A stretch of DNA of 32,000 nt from NCBI RefSeq assembly GCF_000011125.1, contig NC_000854.2, forward strand, positions 630,001 through 662,000. The letters are read 5' to 3'. This DNA comes from Aeropyrum pernix K1 (GTDB lineage: Archaea > Thermoproteota > Thermoprotei_A > Sulfolobales > Acidilobaceae). The notes under the pieces were generated by a model. It did not search any database and was not told where the DNA came from. It worked only from the letters and a program-made list of their open reading frames with translations. Below, in pieces: positions 9,227-19,438 of this stretch (positions are counted from its first letter, which is position 1; every line of letters starts with the position of its first letter). The position numbers and the translations under genes are program-made.

Positions 9227-9234
9227 CTATATAG
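9227..9234 (+). promoter_or_regulatory. TATA box for the small RHH gene
   Basis: ctatatag lies about 27 nt upstream of in-frame TTG 9257, suggesting a leaderless start there rather than at 9248. Confidence 0.4.
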
Positions 9235-9247
9235 TAGAGTTTAGGGG

Positions 9248-9430
9248 TTGAAGGCTTTGCGCGTCGTCAGCTTCAAGATAGAGGAGGACCTGCTGGAGCT
9301 GCTGGAGGAGTATGCTAGGAGGAAGAACTTGACTAAGAGCGAGATAATAAGAAGAGCCCTGGAGAAGTATCTAAGGGAGAAGCCGGATATGAAGCCATAT
9401 GTCGGCAAGGTAATGAAGATATATGCCTAA
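9248..9430 (+). CDS. Small ribbon-helix-helix (CopG-family) protein
   Basis: 60 aa: LRVVSFKIEEDLLELLEEYARRKNLTKSEIIRRALEKYL is a classic RHH signature. The start is TTG 9248 or, more likely, TTG 9257. Confidence 0.7.
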   Translation: MKALRVVSFKIEEDLLELLEEYARRKNLTKSEIIRRALEKYLREKPDMKPYVGKVMKIYA

Positions 9431-9590
9431 AAATGTAGTGTCCTGCTAGAAATGTTTGAACTGAGACCCTCTTTTAATATGATTGCATGTGGTGTGTACG
9501 GGTAGCTCGTCCGGTTCTTTCAATTTCCTACATAAAAGTTTTATACGTTTAAACTATGACAAATTCTGTCGAGGGTCAGCAGGGTTGAAA

Positions 9591-10484
9591 ATGCTAACCA
9601 GCCTCCAGAGGGAGGTCCTGGAGACTCTTGTGTCGCTCTACGAGAGGCACAAGAGGATGATTAAGAGTAAGGAGGTTGCGGAGGCCCTAGGGAAGGATGA
9701 GGGGACGGTTAGGAACGTTATAATGTGGCTCAAGAGTCTTGGGCTGGTGGAGAGTCGAACGGGCCCGGCGGGGGGCTACATGCCCACGTTGAAGGCCTAC
9801 GAGGTCATAGGCGTTCAGACACCCACCCTCAGCCACGTAACCTACGGTCAGGTCATAGTTGAGAAGGATGGAAACCAGTACCGCTACGCAGCCCTCGACA
9901 TGGAGATAATGGGGATATTCGGGAGTGACACTATGAAGGCTGTTGTCACGGTTTCAGGCAACATAGCTCCCATAGAGAAGGGTGATCTGGTTAGGGTTGA
10001 GAGCGTGCCTGTAAGGAAGTTCGCCCTCGAGGGGAGGGTTGAGAAGGTTAGCAGGGAGGCCAGGCAGCTCATGATAGTTATATCGAAGATGACTGTAATA
10101 CCGAACATCAAGGTGAACAGCCTTATATCGAGGAAGCTGCTCACGGTGAGGCACGACATGACAGTCAGGGAGGTGGCCAAGTTCCTCTACAGCCACGGAA
10201 TCAGGGGGGCTCCTATAGTTGATGACAAGAACAACATCATAGGCTTCATAACAACCACAGACATATCAATGCTTATAGCCCGGGGCGAGGACCTCGACGC
10301 AACCGTTGACAAGTACATGAGGAAGACCGTGTTCACCATAAACGAGGACGAGAGCATATACGAGGCCATGAGGTACATGGACTTCAACGGCGTGGGAAGG
10401 CTGGTCGTTATAGACTACGCTGGCAGGCCTCTGGGCATAATAACCAGGACCGATATACTGAAGGCTCTGATAGCTGTGAAATAG
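9591..10484 (+). CDS. Transcriptional regulator: N-terminal winged HTH (HrcA-N-like) + middle beta domain + C-terminal CBS pair
   Basis: ATG 9591 gives MLTSLQREVLETLVSLYERHKRMIKSKEVAEALGKDEGTVRNVIMWLKSLGLVES.... The upstream 36 codons of the tracked ORF lie in AT-rich promoter-like DNA. Two CBS motifs are present (LLTVRHDMTVREVAKFL...GAPIVD, and TINEDESIYEAMRYM...RLVVID). Confidence 0.8.
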   Translation: MLTSLQREVLETLVSLYERHKRMIKSKEVAEALGKDEGTVRNVIMWLKSLGLVESRTGPAGGYMPTLKAYEVIGVQTPTLSHVTYGQVIVEKDGNQYRYAALDMEIMGIFGSDTMKAVVTVSGNIAPIEKGDLVRVESVPVRKFALEGRVEKVSREARQLMIVISKMTVIPNIKVNSLISRKLLTVRHDMTVREVAKFLYSHGIRGAPIVDDKNNIIGFITTTDISMLIARGEDLDATVDKYMRKTVFTINEDESIYEAMRYMDFNGVGRLVVIDYAGRPLGIITRTDILKALIAVK

Positions 10485-10592
10485 ACTTGGTTACACCGTA
10501 GGCCGCGGCAGCCATGGTGTCCTGCACGCCTTAGACCAGCCCATATTCTCCGCGACGAATATACTGCTGCTCGAGGCCCCGGTTGCTCCCCC

Positions 10593-11381
10593 CTACTTCT
10601 CCTGGGGCTGTATCCTCCTCTCCTCTCTCCTCTTACCCTTTCTACCCTTCGACTTGGGTAGTATGGAGTCTAGTGCCCTGTTGTTTAGCTTGAACACGTC
10701 TTCGGCTATGACCCTTATGTACGTGTCGTCAGGCAGCACCTTCCTCCCCAGCCACGAGAACTCTAGTGCTAGAGCCTGTTTAGTAGCCTCTTTTGTCAGC
10801 CTATCCCTAACCTCCCCCTTCTGTATGTCATCCGCTATCTTGAAGGCTATGTAGAATCGAGCGTACTTTGACGCCATCTCCTTGTACTCGGGGAAAGCTT
10901 CCGAGAGCCTTTTGAGGAGGTTCTTGAGAGAGTCTTGGCTTGAGAAGCCGAAGTAGACTTCCGCCAGCTTGAGCCTGAGCATCCTAGCTATAGTGTTTTC
11001 ATCGAAGCTGCCTCCTAGAAGCGTTTCAACCTTCATCCTCGCGGTTGAAGGTTTCTCGGTCAAAAGTATCTTTATAGCCTCCTCGTATCTTATCTCGTCG
11101 TGGAACACCTTGTCGAAGAGCTCGGGATAGTCGCTCTCCAGGCCCATGCCGTACTTGCCCACCACGTAAAGGCTCGCCAGCTCCTTCTCAAAAAGGTCGG
11201 GGGGGTTGGCGGCCCCCTTCAGGGGTTTGATCCTCTCCCTCCCGTAGACCTCCTTGAGGATCTCTATAGCCCTCTCCCGCGTCAAACCCCCTTTCTCCCA
11301 CTCCTGGAGCATCCTCTCCCAAACGTCCATTAGTATTGAGATCCTCCTCCTAATGCTGACACCCCTAGGCCTATCTTCCAC
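10593..11381 (-). CDS. Conserved hypothetical helical protein with a Lys/Arg-rich C-terminal tail
   Basis: 262-aa ORF with coding-like composition. cttatag lies about 27 nt upstream of the ATG, suggesting a leaderless mRNA. The C-terminus is KSKGRKGKRREERRIQPQEK. No family is confidently recognised. Confidence 0.6.
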   Translation of the reverse strand: MEDRPRGVSIRRRISILMDVWERMLQEWEKGGLTRERAIEILKEVYGRERIKPLKGAANPPDLFEKELASLYVVGKYGMGLESDYPELFDKVFHDEIRYEEAIKILLTEKPSTARMKVETLLGGSFDENTIARMLRLKLAEVYFGFSSQDSLKNLLKRLSEAFPEYKEMASKYARFYIAFKIADDIQKGEVRDRLTKEATKQALALEFSWLGRKVLPDDTYIRVIAEDVFKLNNRALDSILPKSKGRKGKRREERRIQPQEK

Positions 11382-11449
11382 GCCTGACCACCACAGCCTC
11401 CGGCCTTATAGCAAATACACACGCCACGCAGCCTGTTAGCCGTCTCCAC

Positions 11450-11517
11450 CACTCTAACCGGGTGTGCTACCGTAGCTTTAAAACTGAAATCCCTCTAGAA
11501 CACTCTCCGGGTGTGCT
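11450..11517 (+). repeat. Two direct repeats CACTCT(AA)CCGGGTGTGCT flanking a TATA-like box
   Basis: Copy 1 is at 11450-11468 (with an AA insertion) and copy 2 at 11501-11517. tttaaaa at 11477-11483 lies between them. Confidence 0.8.
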
Positions 11518-11520
11518 GTT

Positions 11521-11709
11521 GTGCGGCCTAACTGGCCTCCTGTGAAGCCTGGTGTTAGGGTCGAGCGTCTGGAGCGCGGCCTGGAGGCGGGGTGCTCGGA
11601 GGAGACGCTCTACAGGGTCAGCATTGAAGGGCTTGAGAGCATTTTGAGGAGGTGTGGATGGGTCGAGAGGGGCTGTGTGTTCGAGGTAGTGTGGGAGGAG
11701 TGGGTTTAG
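11521..11709 (+). CDS. Small hypothetical protein (62 aa, GTG start)
   Basis: The ORF is preceded by tttaaaa about 40 nt upstream and by a GGTG Shine-Dalgarno-like element about 8 nt upstream. There is no recognisable family, and its 3' end overlaps the rpl14e stop by 4 nt. Confidence 0.3.
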   Translation: MRPNWPPVKPGVRVERLERGLEAGCSEETLYRVSIEGLESILRRCGWVERGCVFEVVWEEWV

Positions 11710-12008
11710 AGTGTGAAGGGCGTTATCCTGGCTATTCTGACCGGCTCTCTCATAAAGTCCGCTAGCCCCGCTTCCTCGAGGGCTTTGAGGACCTCCTCGT
11801 CGCTGGCGCCCTTCTGTATGTCAACCTTCTTGTCCAGTATCTCTATGTGGTCTATGTTAACCCTCCTCCTCCTAACCCCCGTGAGGCTCTTAGGCCCGGT
11901 GACGAGGACGAAGTTCTCGTCTATAATATCCACTATAACGCACTTCCTGCCGGCCTCCCTACCCCTGGTCTTGACGCATATCCTGCCAACCTCAACAACC
12001 TTAGCCAT
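11706..12008 (-). CDS. rpl14e: 50S ribosomal protein L14e
   Basis: [40 protein letters not shown]... is the KOW-type L14e signature. I chose the start at the second Met (12008) of the tracked ORF. Confidence 0.9.
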   Translation of the reverse strand: MAKVVEVGRICVKTRGREAGRKCVIVDIIDENFVLVTGPKSLTGVRRRRVNIDHIEILDKKVDIQKGASDEEVLKALEEAGLADFMREPVRIARITPFTL

Positions 12009-12058
12009 CCCATCCACCCACATTCGCCTAGGGCCGTGCCAGGGATATTAAGAGTTTT

Positions 12059-12628
12059 TCAGAGGCCCCTCCTCCTAGCCCCCTCGAGGATGAGCCTGTA
12101 GGTATCCTCGACGCTGTACATGCTCGTGTCGACCGTCAGGTGGAATATGGTGGTGTCTGAGACGTCTATGCCGTAGTACCTCTTGAACCTCAGCCTCTGG
12201 CTCCACTCCCTCTCCACAGTCTCGGCAAGCGCCCTCCTGAGGGGGACGCCGTCGCGCCTTGCTATGCGCCTAACCCTAACCCACACCGGCGCCTTCACCA
12301 GGACGAGATACTGCGCTTTGTCCCTGAGGAGCCAGGCGGCGAGGTGGCTGTCTATAACCACGCCGCCCCGGGACGCCACATCCAGGGTCCTCCTATCTAT
12401 CTCCAGATCTATCCTCGGATCCTCCTCAGCGAGCCTACTCATCTCCGCCAGGCTCAGCCCCCTCTCCCTGGCTATAGAGCGGAATATGGTGCCTGTACTG
12501 TAGTATGAGAGGCCCAGGTCCTCGGCCAGCCTCTTAGCGTAGGTTGATTTGCCCGAGCCCGGGGGCCCCGAGATCACGACGACCCTGCTATCGCCTCGAA
12601 AATCATCTCCGCCAGGCATGTGCTGCAA
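12059..12628 (-). CDS. cmk: Cytidylate kinase, archaeal type
   Basis: P-loop [25 protein letters not shown] followed by [21 protein letters not shown] and [11 protein letters not shown]. The canonical position is between rpl34e and rpl14e. The start may be the Met at 12619. Confidence 0.9.
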   Translation of the reverse strand: MQHMPGGDDFRGDSRVVVISGPPGSGKSTYAKRLAEDLGLSYYSTGTIFRSIARERGLSLAEMSRLAEEDPRIDLEIDRRTLDVASRGGVVIDSHLAAWLLRDKAQYLVLVKAPVWVRVRRIARRDGVPLRRALAETVEREWSQRLRFKRYYGIDVSDTTIFHLTVDTSMYSVEDTYRLILEGARRRGL

Positions 12629-12861
12629 AGCACCCCGCCGTAGGGCCTCTCCGGCCTTTTGGCAGTCTTGCTCAGCCTCCTAACCCTGGGGGGCCTGCCG
12701 CGCGGCACCCCGCCCAGGGGCCTACCGCACCTAGCGCACCTGGCAGGCCCGGGCTTCCGCCTCTCGTAGTGCACCACGGTAGACCCTCCCGGGGTCCTGC
12801 GGTAAACCCTCCTAAGGCTCCTGCTCCTGAGGCCAGGCCTGACCACTACGCAGCACCCCAC
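12574..12861 (-). CDS. rpl34e: 50S ribosomal protein L34e
   Basis: [45 protein letters not shown]... is typical L34e. The true start is possibly GTG at 12846. It overlaps the cmk 5' end by about 50 nt. Confidence 0.9.
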   Translation of the reverse strand: MGCCVVVRPGLRSRSLRRVYRRTPGGSTVVHYERRKPGPARCARCGRPLGGVPRGRPPRVRRLSKTAKRPERPYGGVLCSTCLAEMIFEAIAGSS

Positions 12862-12888
12862 GATACCGCTCCTATTGGCCGGAGGCTA

Positions 12889-14226
12889 TTAATGGATGGC
12901 CTCGGCCCTATAGGGGAGTAGAAGCGCCGCCGCGAGCAGGGCTTCGAGGCTGCTGGAGGAGAGCAGGAGGGGCGCTGGAGCCCCGCAGTCCAGCCTGGAG
13001 GGGCCTAGGGGTATGGAGAGGCTGTAGAGGTCGAGCGTGTTGGCTAGGGATGTGAATACTATGGCCCTCCTGGTGTAGGCTAGCCTGCCAGCCTCCTCAA
13101 CAGGGATGCAGCCCCCTGTGGCCACTGCGGGGGTGGCCAGCACTGTAGAGCCGGGTATTTGGGTGGAGGTCCTCACCCTCTCTAGAACCCTCGCCGCCTC
13201 CCCCCTCCAGGGCCTCAGCATACCCCCCAGCCTGAGGAGGCCTTTAAGCCTCTCGGGAAGCCTGGAAACACACTCCTCCCTACAGAACTTTCCAGCCCAG
13301 TCGGCGGCCTCCGCCAGCGTCACGACAGCCCTAGGAGGCTCTAGGGTCTTGTAGAGGCTGTGGAGCTTCACACCGGCTATTAGGAACGCCCCCGACGACC
13401 TGGCGGCCTCCACCTGCTCCTCAAATGCGGAGCAGGCTCCAGGGTCCAGGGCTTCCCTGCAGAGGAGCCCCAGGTCCTCGGGGGTTAGTAGGGTTATCCG
13501 AGCCAAGCCCTCTGCCGCAGCCCCGGCCGCCAGAGCGGCTCTCTCCCCGACGCCCCGGTAGCCTAGAGCCTCGAGACCCCTCACCAGTGTGGTCATGCTC
13601 AGGGATAGCAGGCCGGGGGCCTCCACGCTTGGGGCCATTCCACGGTAGCCCCTGTAGTCTATCCTCCTGAGCTTGAGGCCAAGAACCCCTGTGTAGCCCG
13701 CTGGTATCCTGGCTGACCCGCCGGCGTCGCTGGCTAGGGCGAGAAGGCCGGGTGCTAGTAGTGCTGAGGCCGCGGCGCCCCCTGAGCTCCCCCCCGTGGT
13801 GTAGCGGGGGTTGCGGGGGTTGAGGACGTCTCCGAGGACGGGGTTGAACCCGGAGGTGCCGAGGGCGAGAATGTCCATCGATGTCCTGGCGTAGGGCTCG
13901 AACCCTCCTGTGGTAAGTGCTTTGAGGACCTGGGGCTCGCCTCCCGTGTCTAGCGGCAGCCCTGTCCCCCAGCCAGCAGGCTCCCCGGGCAGTGGGTAGG
14001 TGTCTTTGTAGCTCAGCAGCCCCTCTGGACTACGGTCCTCAAGCCCGCTCCTGCAGGTTATGGAGGCGTTCAGCCTCTCCAGCCGGCGGCACACTCCAGA
14101 GGCTCCGCCGCCGGGCTCCCTGGCCCTGAGGAGCTTGAGGCCGTTCTCTAGGGCTGAGTCCAGGAGTTTGGAGGAGGACCTCACACCATCCCCCAGAGAT
14201 GCCGCAGCAGATTCTAGACTCCCCAC
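12889..14226 (-). CDS. Amidase-signature family enzyme (divergent; not clearly GatA)
   Basis: 445 aa with a GTG start. The AS signature is TTGGSSGGAAASALLAPGLLALASDAGGSARIPAGYTGVLGLK, with the Ser-cisSer elements present. A candidate catalytic Lys lies in SYKDTYPL. Confidence 0.8.
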   Translation of the reverse strand: MGSLESAAASLGDGVRSSSKLLDSALENGLKLLRAREPGGGASGVCRRLERLNASITCRSGLEDRSPEGLLSYKDTYPLPGEPAGWGTGLPLDTGGEPQVLKALTTGGFEPYARTSMDILALGTSGFNPVLGDVLNPRNPRYTTGGSSGGAAASALLAPGLLALASDAGGSARIPAGYTGVLGLKLRRIDYRGYRGMAPSVEAPGLLSLSMTTLVRGLEALGYRGVGERAALAAGAAAEGLARITLLTPEDLGLLCREALDPGACSAFEEQVEAARSSGAFLIAGVKLHSLYKTLEPPRAVVTLAEAADWAGKFCREECVSRLPERLKGLLRLGGMLRPWRGEAARVLERVRTSTQIPGSTVLATPAVATGGCIPVEEAGRLAYTRRAIVFTSLANTLDLYSLSIPLGPSRLDCGAPAPLLLSSSSLEALLAAALLLPYRAEAIH

Positions 14227-14278
14227 GCCTGGCTACCAGAAATGTGGTTTAGCCGGGCCGCAGGTTTAACCGCCGCGT

Positions 14279-14707
14279 CTACACCATCTCATCCCTGTAG
14301 AGGAGGGCTGCGTAGAGGAAGGAGAAGAAGTGGGCGAAGAGCGAGCTGAGGACGGGGCCCTCGGGGGTGTCGAGGGTGATTAGGGGCAGTTTATAGGGGG
14401 AGGGTATTGCGGGGACGAGGGTGAGGGCGACTACTCCGAGAACCGTGTAGACGGCCATTAGGAGCCCGATCTTCACTATTATACTTTTAAATATGATGCT
14501 TCGAGCCCTCTTAGCCTCGGGGGCCGCTTCCCTCAGCTTCTTAGCAGCCCTCCTACTCCTGGCCGCCTCCCTCTCAAGCCCCCTATACCTCCTCGAAACT
14601 TCCATAGCCCACAGCACGGCCTCGCGGGGGACGAGCCTGTTGTACACAACCTTAGCCAGATACACGGAGAGAAACCCGGTTGCAACAGGAATCAGGTAAA
14701 CAACCAT
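14279..14707 (-). CDS. DUF106-family membrane protein (archaeal YidC/Oxa1/EMC3-like insertase homolog)
   Basis: 142 aa with TM1, a basic coiled-coil hairpin (RRYRGLEREAARSRRAAKKLREAAPEAKRA), TM2 and TM3. It sits in the conserved position directly downstream of secY-adk. Confidence 0.7.
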   Translation of the reverse strand: MVVYLIPVATGFLSVYLAKVVYNRLVPREAVLWAMEVSRRYRGLEREAARSRRAAKKLREAAPEAKRARSIIFKSIIVKIGLLMAVYTVLGVVALTLVPAIPSPYKLPLITLDTPEGPVLSSLFAHFFSFLYAALLYRDEMV

Positions 14708-14737
14708 AACAGCCCCTCCCCGCGCTAGGTAGGAGGT

Positions 14738-16722
<1,985 letters not shown>

Positions 16723-17026
16723 GTGGATGCACCCGCCTAGTTGGAACCAGGATATTCCCGGGAAACCCGTGTTAGAGTCGGAGGTTAAAAACTGAGTGTC
16801 CCCCCGCTGGCAGAGGGGCACCCTCTGTATCATACGGCCCGGGTGACCGGTATTACGAGCATTGGATGAGGCTTTTAATTCTTATGGAGAGGAAAGCTAG
16901 TATATGGTGTCAAAACGTTTTGAATACCAGGTTTATGGCGGGGGCCTTAGTGCCGCCCTTCTTCCAAGCTATACTCCTCCAAAAATACCCAAAATAGATA
17001 AGTATTTTTGTATGGTACTCTTATAA

Positions 17027-18070
17027 ATGAAACATCGCTTCCGGGCGTACATTATTTGGGGTCATCTTATGAGCCAAGAGGCTCTGGGTGTTAGATACGG
17101 CGAGGGCCTTAATAAGAGGCTGGAAGTATCGATTATGATATTCAACCTTATAATCAAGGACTCGATAAGGAAGCAGGCTGAGGAGGGTAAGAGTCTGAAG
17201 GAGATAGCCGACACCCTCTCCTACCTTGACGTGGCTGACAGGGGCTTCGTGATGATGGTTTCCGAGCTGGGCGGCGTGTACCTGTCTTCCGCGCCCCTCA
17301 TGAACACTAATATACTCTACCTCTCAGTAGCCAGCAGGGTGCTAGAGAAGAGTGTGGAGGAGGGTGTAGACCTAGAGCGGGTGTATGAGAGGCTTGATAA
17401 GGCCTCGAAGGTTCTCGCCAGTACTCTGGCTAGGCTAGTGGAGAAGGGGTTTAGGCAGAGCGTCTCCACACTGGCTAAGGAGGCTCAAGGCCGAAGGCTC
17501 TACATATATGGCAGCGAGTTTTTCTCGAGAGTGGCCTACCAGGAGGCGTCCTCGCAGGGTGCTGACGCGGTGCTGATAGCAGCCTCCCCCTGGGACGCCC
17601 TCATATCCAGGCTGGCGGAGGAGCTCGAGGCCCCCCTAGTTTATTACCCGAACGTAAACCTCGAGTTCGCCACATCGGGGGGCAGAGGGTTCTATGTCGC
17701 TGTCGAGGTAGAGTCTATACTCGAGGACAGCCTTCTCGCCCTCGCGGGGACGCGGGCTATAGCCTCTCTTGCTAGGATGTGGGGCGGCACTACGGGGGCG
17801 GTCTCCACACCCCTGGGCCCCAGCCTCTGGACGCCCGAGTTCATGAGGAGCCTACGCGCCGGTGAGATAGTACCCTCCTACATCATGGTGACGGAGTGGG
17901 GAGAGTCCCTGACGTTCAAGGCCTTAGACCCTATACCTAGGAGCGGGGTAGACGCGTTGTACGTGGGGGAGAGAAAGTTCCCGCGGGATACCGACAATAT
18001 AACCCTCTCCTCCGAGTCCTCGAGACTCGTTAGAGAGGCTCTGGAGGAGGTTCAAATCGAGATCGGCTAG
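17027..18070 (+). CDS. Divergent eIF-2B alpha/beta/delta-family-like protein (ribose-1,5-bisphosphate isomerase / aIF-2B fold), function unknown
   Basis: The C-terminal half aligns by eye with the IF-2B family Rossmann-like core: RLYIYGSEFF...VLIAASP...PLVYYPN...FYVAVEVESILEDSLLALAGTRAIASLARMWG...AVSTPLG...SYIMVTEWGE. The start is uncertain (ATG 17027, 17069 or 17135). TATA-like elements lie at about 17001 and 17021. Confidence 0.45.
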   Translation: MKHRFRAYIIWGHLMSQEALGVRYGEGLNKRLEVSIMIFNLIIKDSIRKQAEEGKSLKEIADTLSYLDVADRGFVMMVSELGGVYLSSAPLMNTNILYLSVASRVLEKSVEEGVDLERVYERLDKASKVLASTLARLVEKGFRQSVSTLAKEAQGRRLYIYGSEFFSRVAYQEASSQGADAVLIAASPWDALISRLAEELEAPLVYYPNVNLEFATSGGRGFYVAVEVESILEDSLLALAGTRAIASLARMWGGTTGAVSTPLGPSLWTPEFMRSLRAGEIVPSYIMVTEWGESLTFKALDPIPRSGVDALYVGERKFPRDTDNITLSSESSRLVREALEEVQIEIG

Positions 18071-18194
18071 CAGCAGCACTTATTCTTAACGCCTAAATAT
18101 TACTCCCCAAGGCCCTAGACTCAGTTATATAGATGGATGGGAGGCTTCGGCCTTCTGGATTGGGACGCGGTGTCCCGGGTAAGGTGTCGGCGGC

Positions 18195-18911
18195 TTGGAG
18201 GGCAGGTATAAGCCTAGTCTAGAGGGTTCCATCGCTAGGGCTGTCGATTCTCTGAGGAACGGCATGCCCGTTATGATCTACGATGGTGACAGGCGTGAGG
18301 GGGAGGTGGACCTAGTCTACTACGCCGGCTCGGTGACCTGGAGGGAGGTCTACACCCTCAGAACCCTGGCTGGGGGGCTGATATGCTTCGTGACCAGCGA
18401 GCGGGTGGGCAGGCTTCTCGGCCTGCCCTTCGCCCAGGAGCTCCTACTCTCCCAGGAAAGCCTCGCCCCCCTGGCCTCCAAGACCCCCGGCTACGGTGAC
18501 CCCCCCGCCTTCTCCATATGGGTCAACCACGTCTCCGTCAAGACGGGGATAAGCGATGAGGACAGGGGGATAACCATTTCTGGGCTCCACAGGGTTGTGG
18601 AGAAGGCGTATAGCGGCTTGGTCGGCGAGGCGCGGAGGATGCTTAGGGAGGAGTTCATGTCGCCCGGCCACGTCCCCATACTCCTGGCCCGGAGCCTAGA
18701 CAGGAGGAGGGGGCACACCGAGCTGACGGTGGCCCTGGGGAGGCTCGCCGGCCTGCCCCCCAGCTTCGTGATAGCCGAGATGCTGGGTGAGAGGTGGAGC
18801 CTGGGCCTTAGGGAGGCTGAGGCTATAGCCAGGGAGAGGAGAATACCCCTGCTGAGAGGCGAGGAGATAGTGGAGGCGTGCAGCCGTGGGGAAGTGTGTA
18901 GGGGTGGCTGA
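18195..18911 (+). CDS. ribB: 3,4-dihydroxy-2-butanone 4-phosphate synthase
   Basis: MPVMIYDGDRREGEVDLVYYAGSVT...TLAGGLICFV...SPGHVPIL...RRGHTELTVAL match the archaeal RibB motifs. TTG start. Confidence 0.88.
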   Translation: MEGRYKPSLEGSIARAVDSLRNGMPVMIYDGDRREGEVDLVYYAGSVTWREVYTLRTLAGGLICFVTSERVGRLLGLPFAQELLLSQESLAPLASKTPGYGDPPAFSIWVNHVSVKTGISDEDRGITISGLHRVVEKAYSGLVGEARRMLREEFMSPGHVPILLARSLDRRRGHTELTVALGRLAGLPPSFVIAEMLGERWSLGLREAEAIARERRIPLLRGEEIVEACSRGEVCRGG

Positions 18912-19353
18912 CACCACCTTCGCCAGGGTCGACATGGGGAGTGTTGCGGAGGAGGTCCTGAGGCGGAGGCTCCCCGGCTACAGGATAGTCAGGCACACGG
19001 TGCCGGGGATAAAGGACCTGCCCGGAGCCGCAAAGAGGATCCTGTCTATGGGCTGCGAGGGGGTCATAACCCTGGGCTGGGTGGGGCGTAGGGAGGCGGA
19101 TAAGCTGAGCTACCTGGCGGCCAGCGTGGGGCTCATTATGGTTGAGGTCCTCACAGGCAAGATAGTTATAGACGTGACGGTCCACGAGGACGAGGCCGAG
19201 GCCCCGGAGGAGCTGGCGGCCATAGCTGTTGACAGGGCCAGGAAGCACGCCGAGAACCTTGCAGCCCTTATAAGGGAGGGGCCCGAGGCCCTAGTCAAGC
19301 ACGCTGGCATGGGGCTGAGGCAGGGCTACCCCGACGCCGGCCCCATAAAATAG
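18886..19353 (+). CDS. ribC: Riboflavin synthase, archaeal (lumazine-synthase-like) type
   Basis: VGVADTTFARVDMGSVAEEVL is the hallmark N-terminus of archaeal riboflavin synthase. The size is about 150 aa. The GTG start (18886 or 18904) overlaps the ribB 3' end. Confidence 0.85.
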   Translation: MGKCVGVADTTFARVDMGSVAEEVLRRRLPGYRIVRHTVPGIKDLPGAAKRILSMGCEGVITLGWVGRREADKLSYLAASVGLIMVEVLTGKIVIDVTVHEDEAEAPEELAAIAVDRARKHAENLAALIREGPEALVKHAGMGLRQGYPDAGPIK

Positions 19354-19438
19354 AGGCGCTCCTATATAGCTCCCTGCCCTCCACGTAAATAGTTATAGGG
19401 CATACGGCCCCTGGGAGTTTAGGGGTGCATCATGAGGT

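Noticed and set aside
9483-9590. N-terminal extension of the wHTH-CBS ORF
   Set aside because: It lies in AT-rich promoter-like DNA. The conserved wHTH begins right after ATG 9591.
16723-16833. 37-codon N-terminal extension of SecY
   Set aside because: Archaeal SecY proteins begin close to the FP.V..PE+K motif. The extension is non-conserved-looking and would remove the promoter space.
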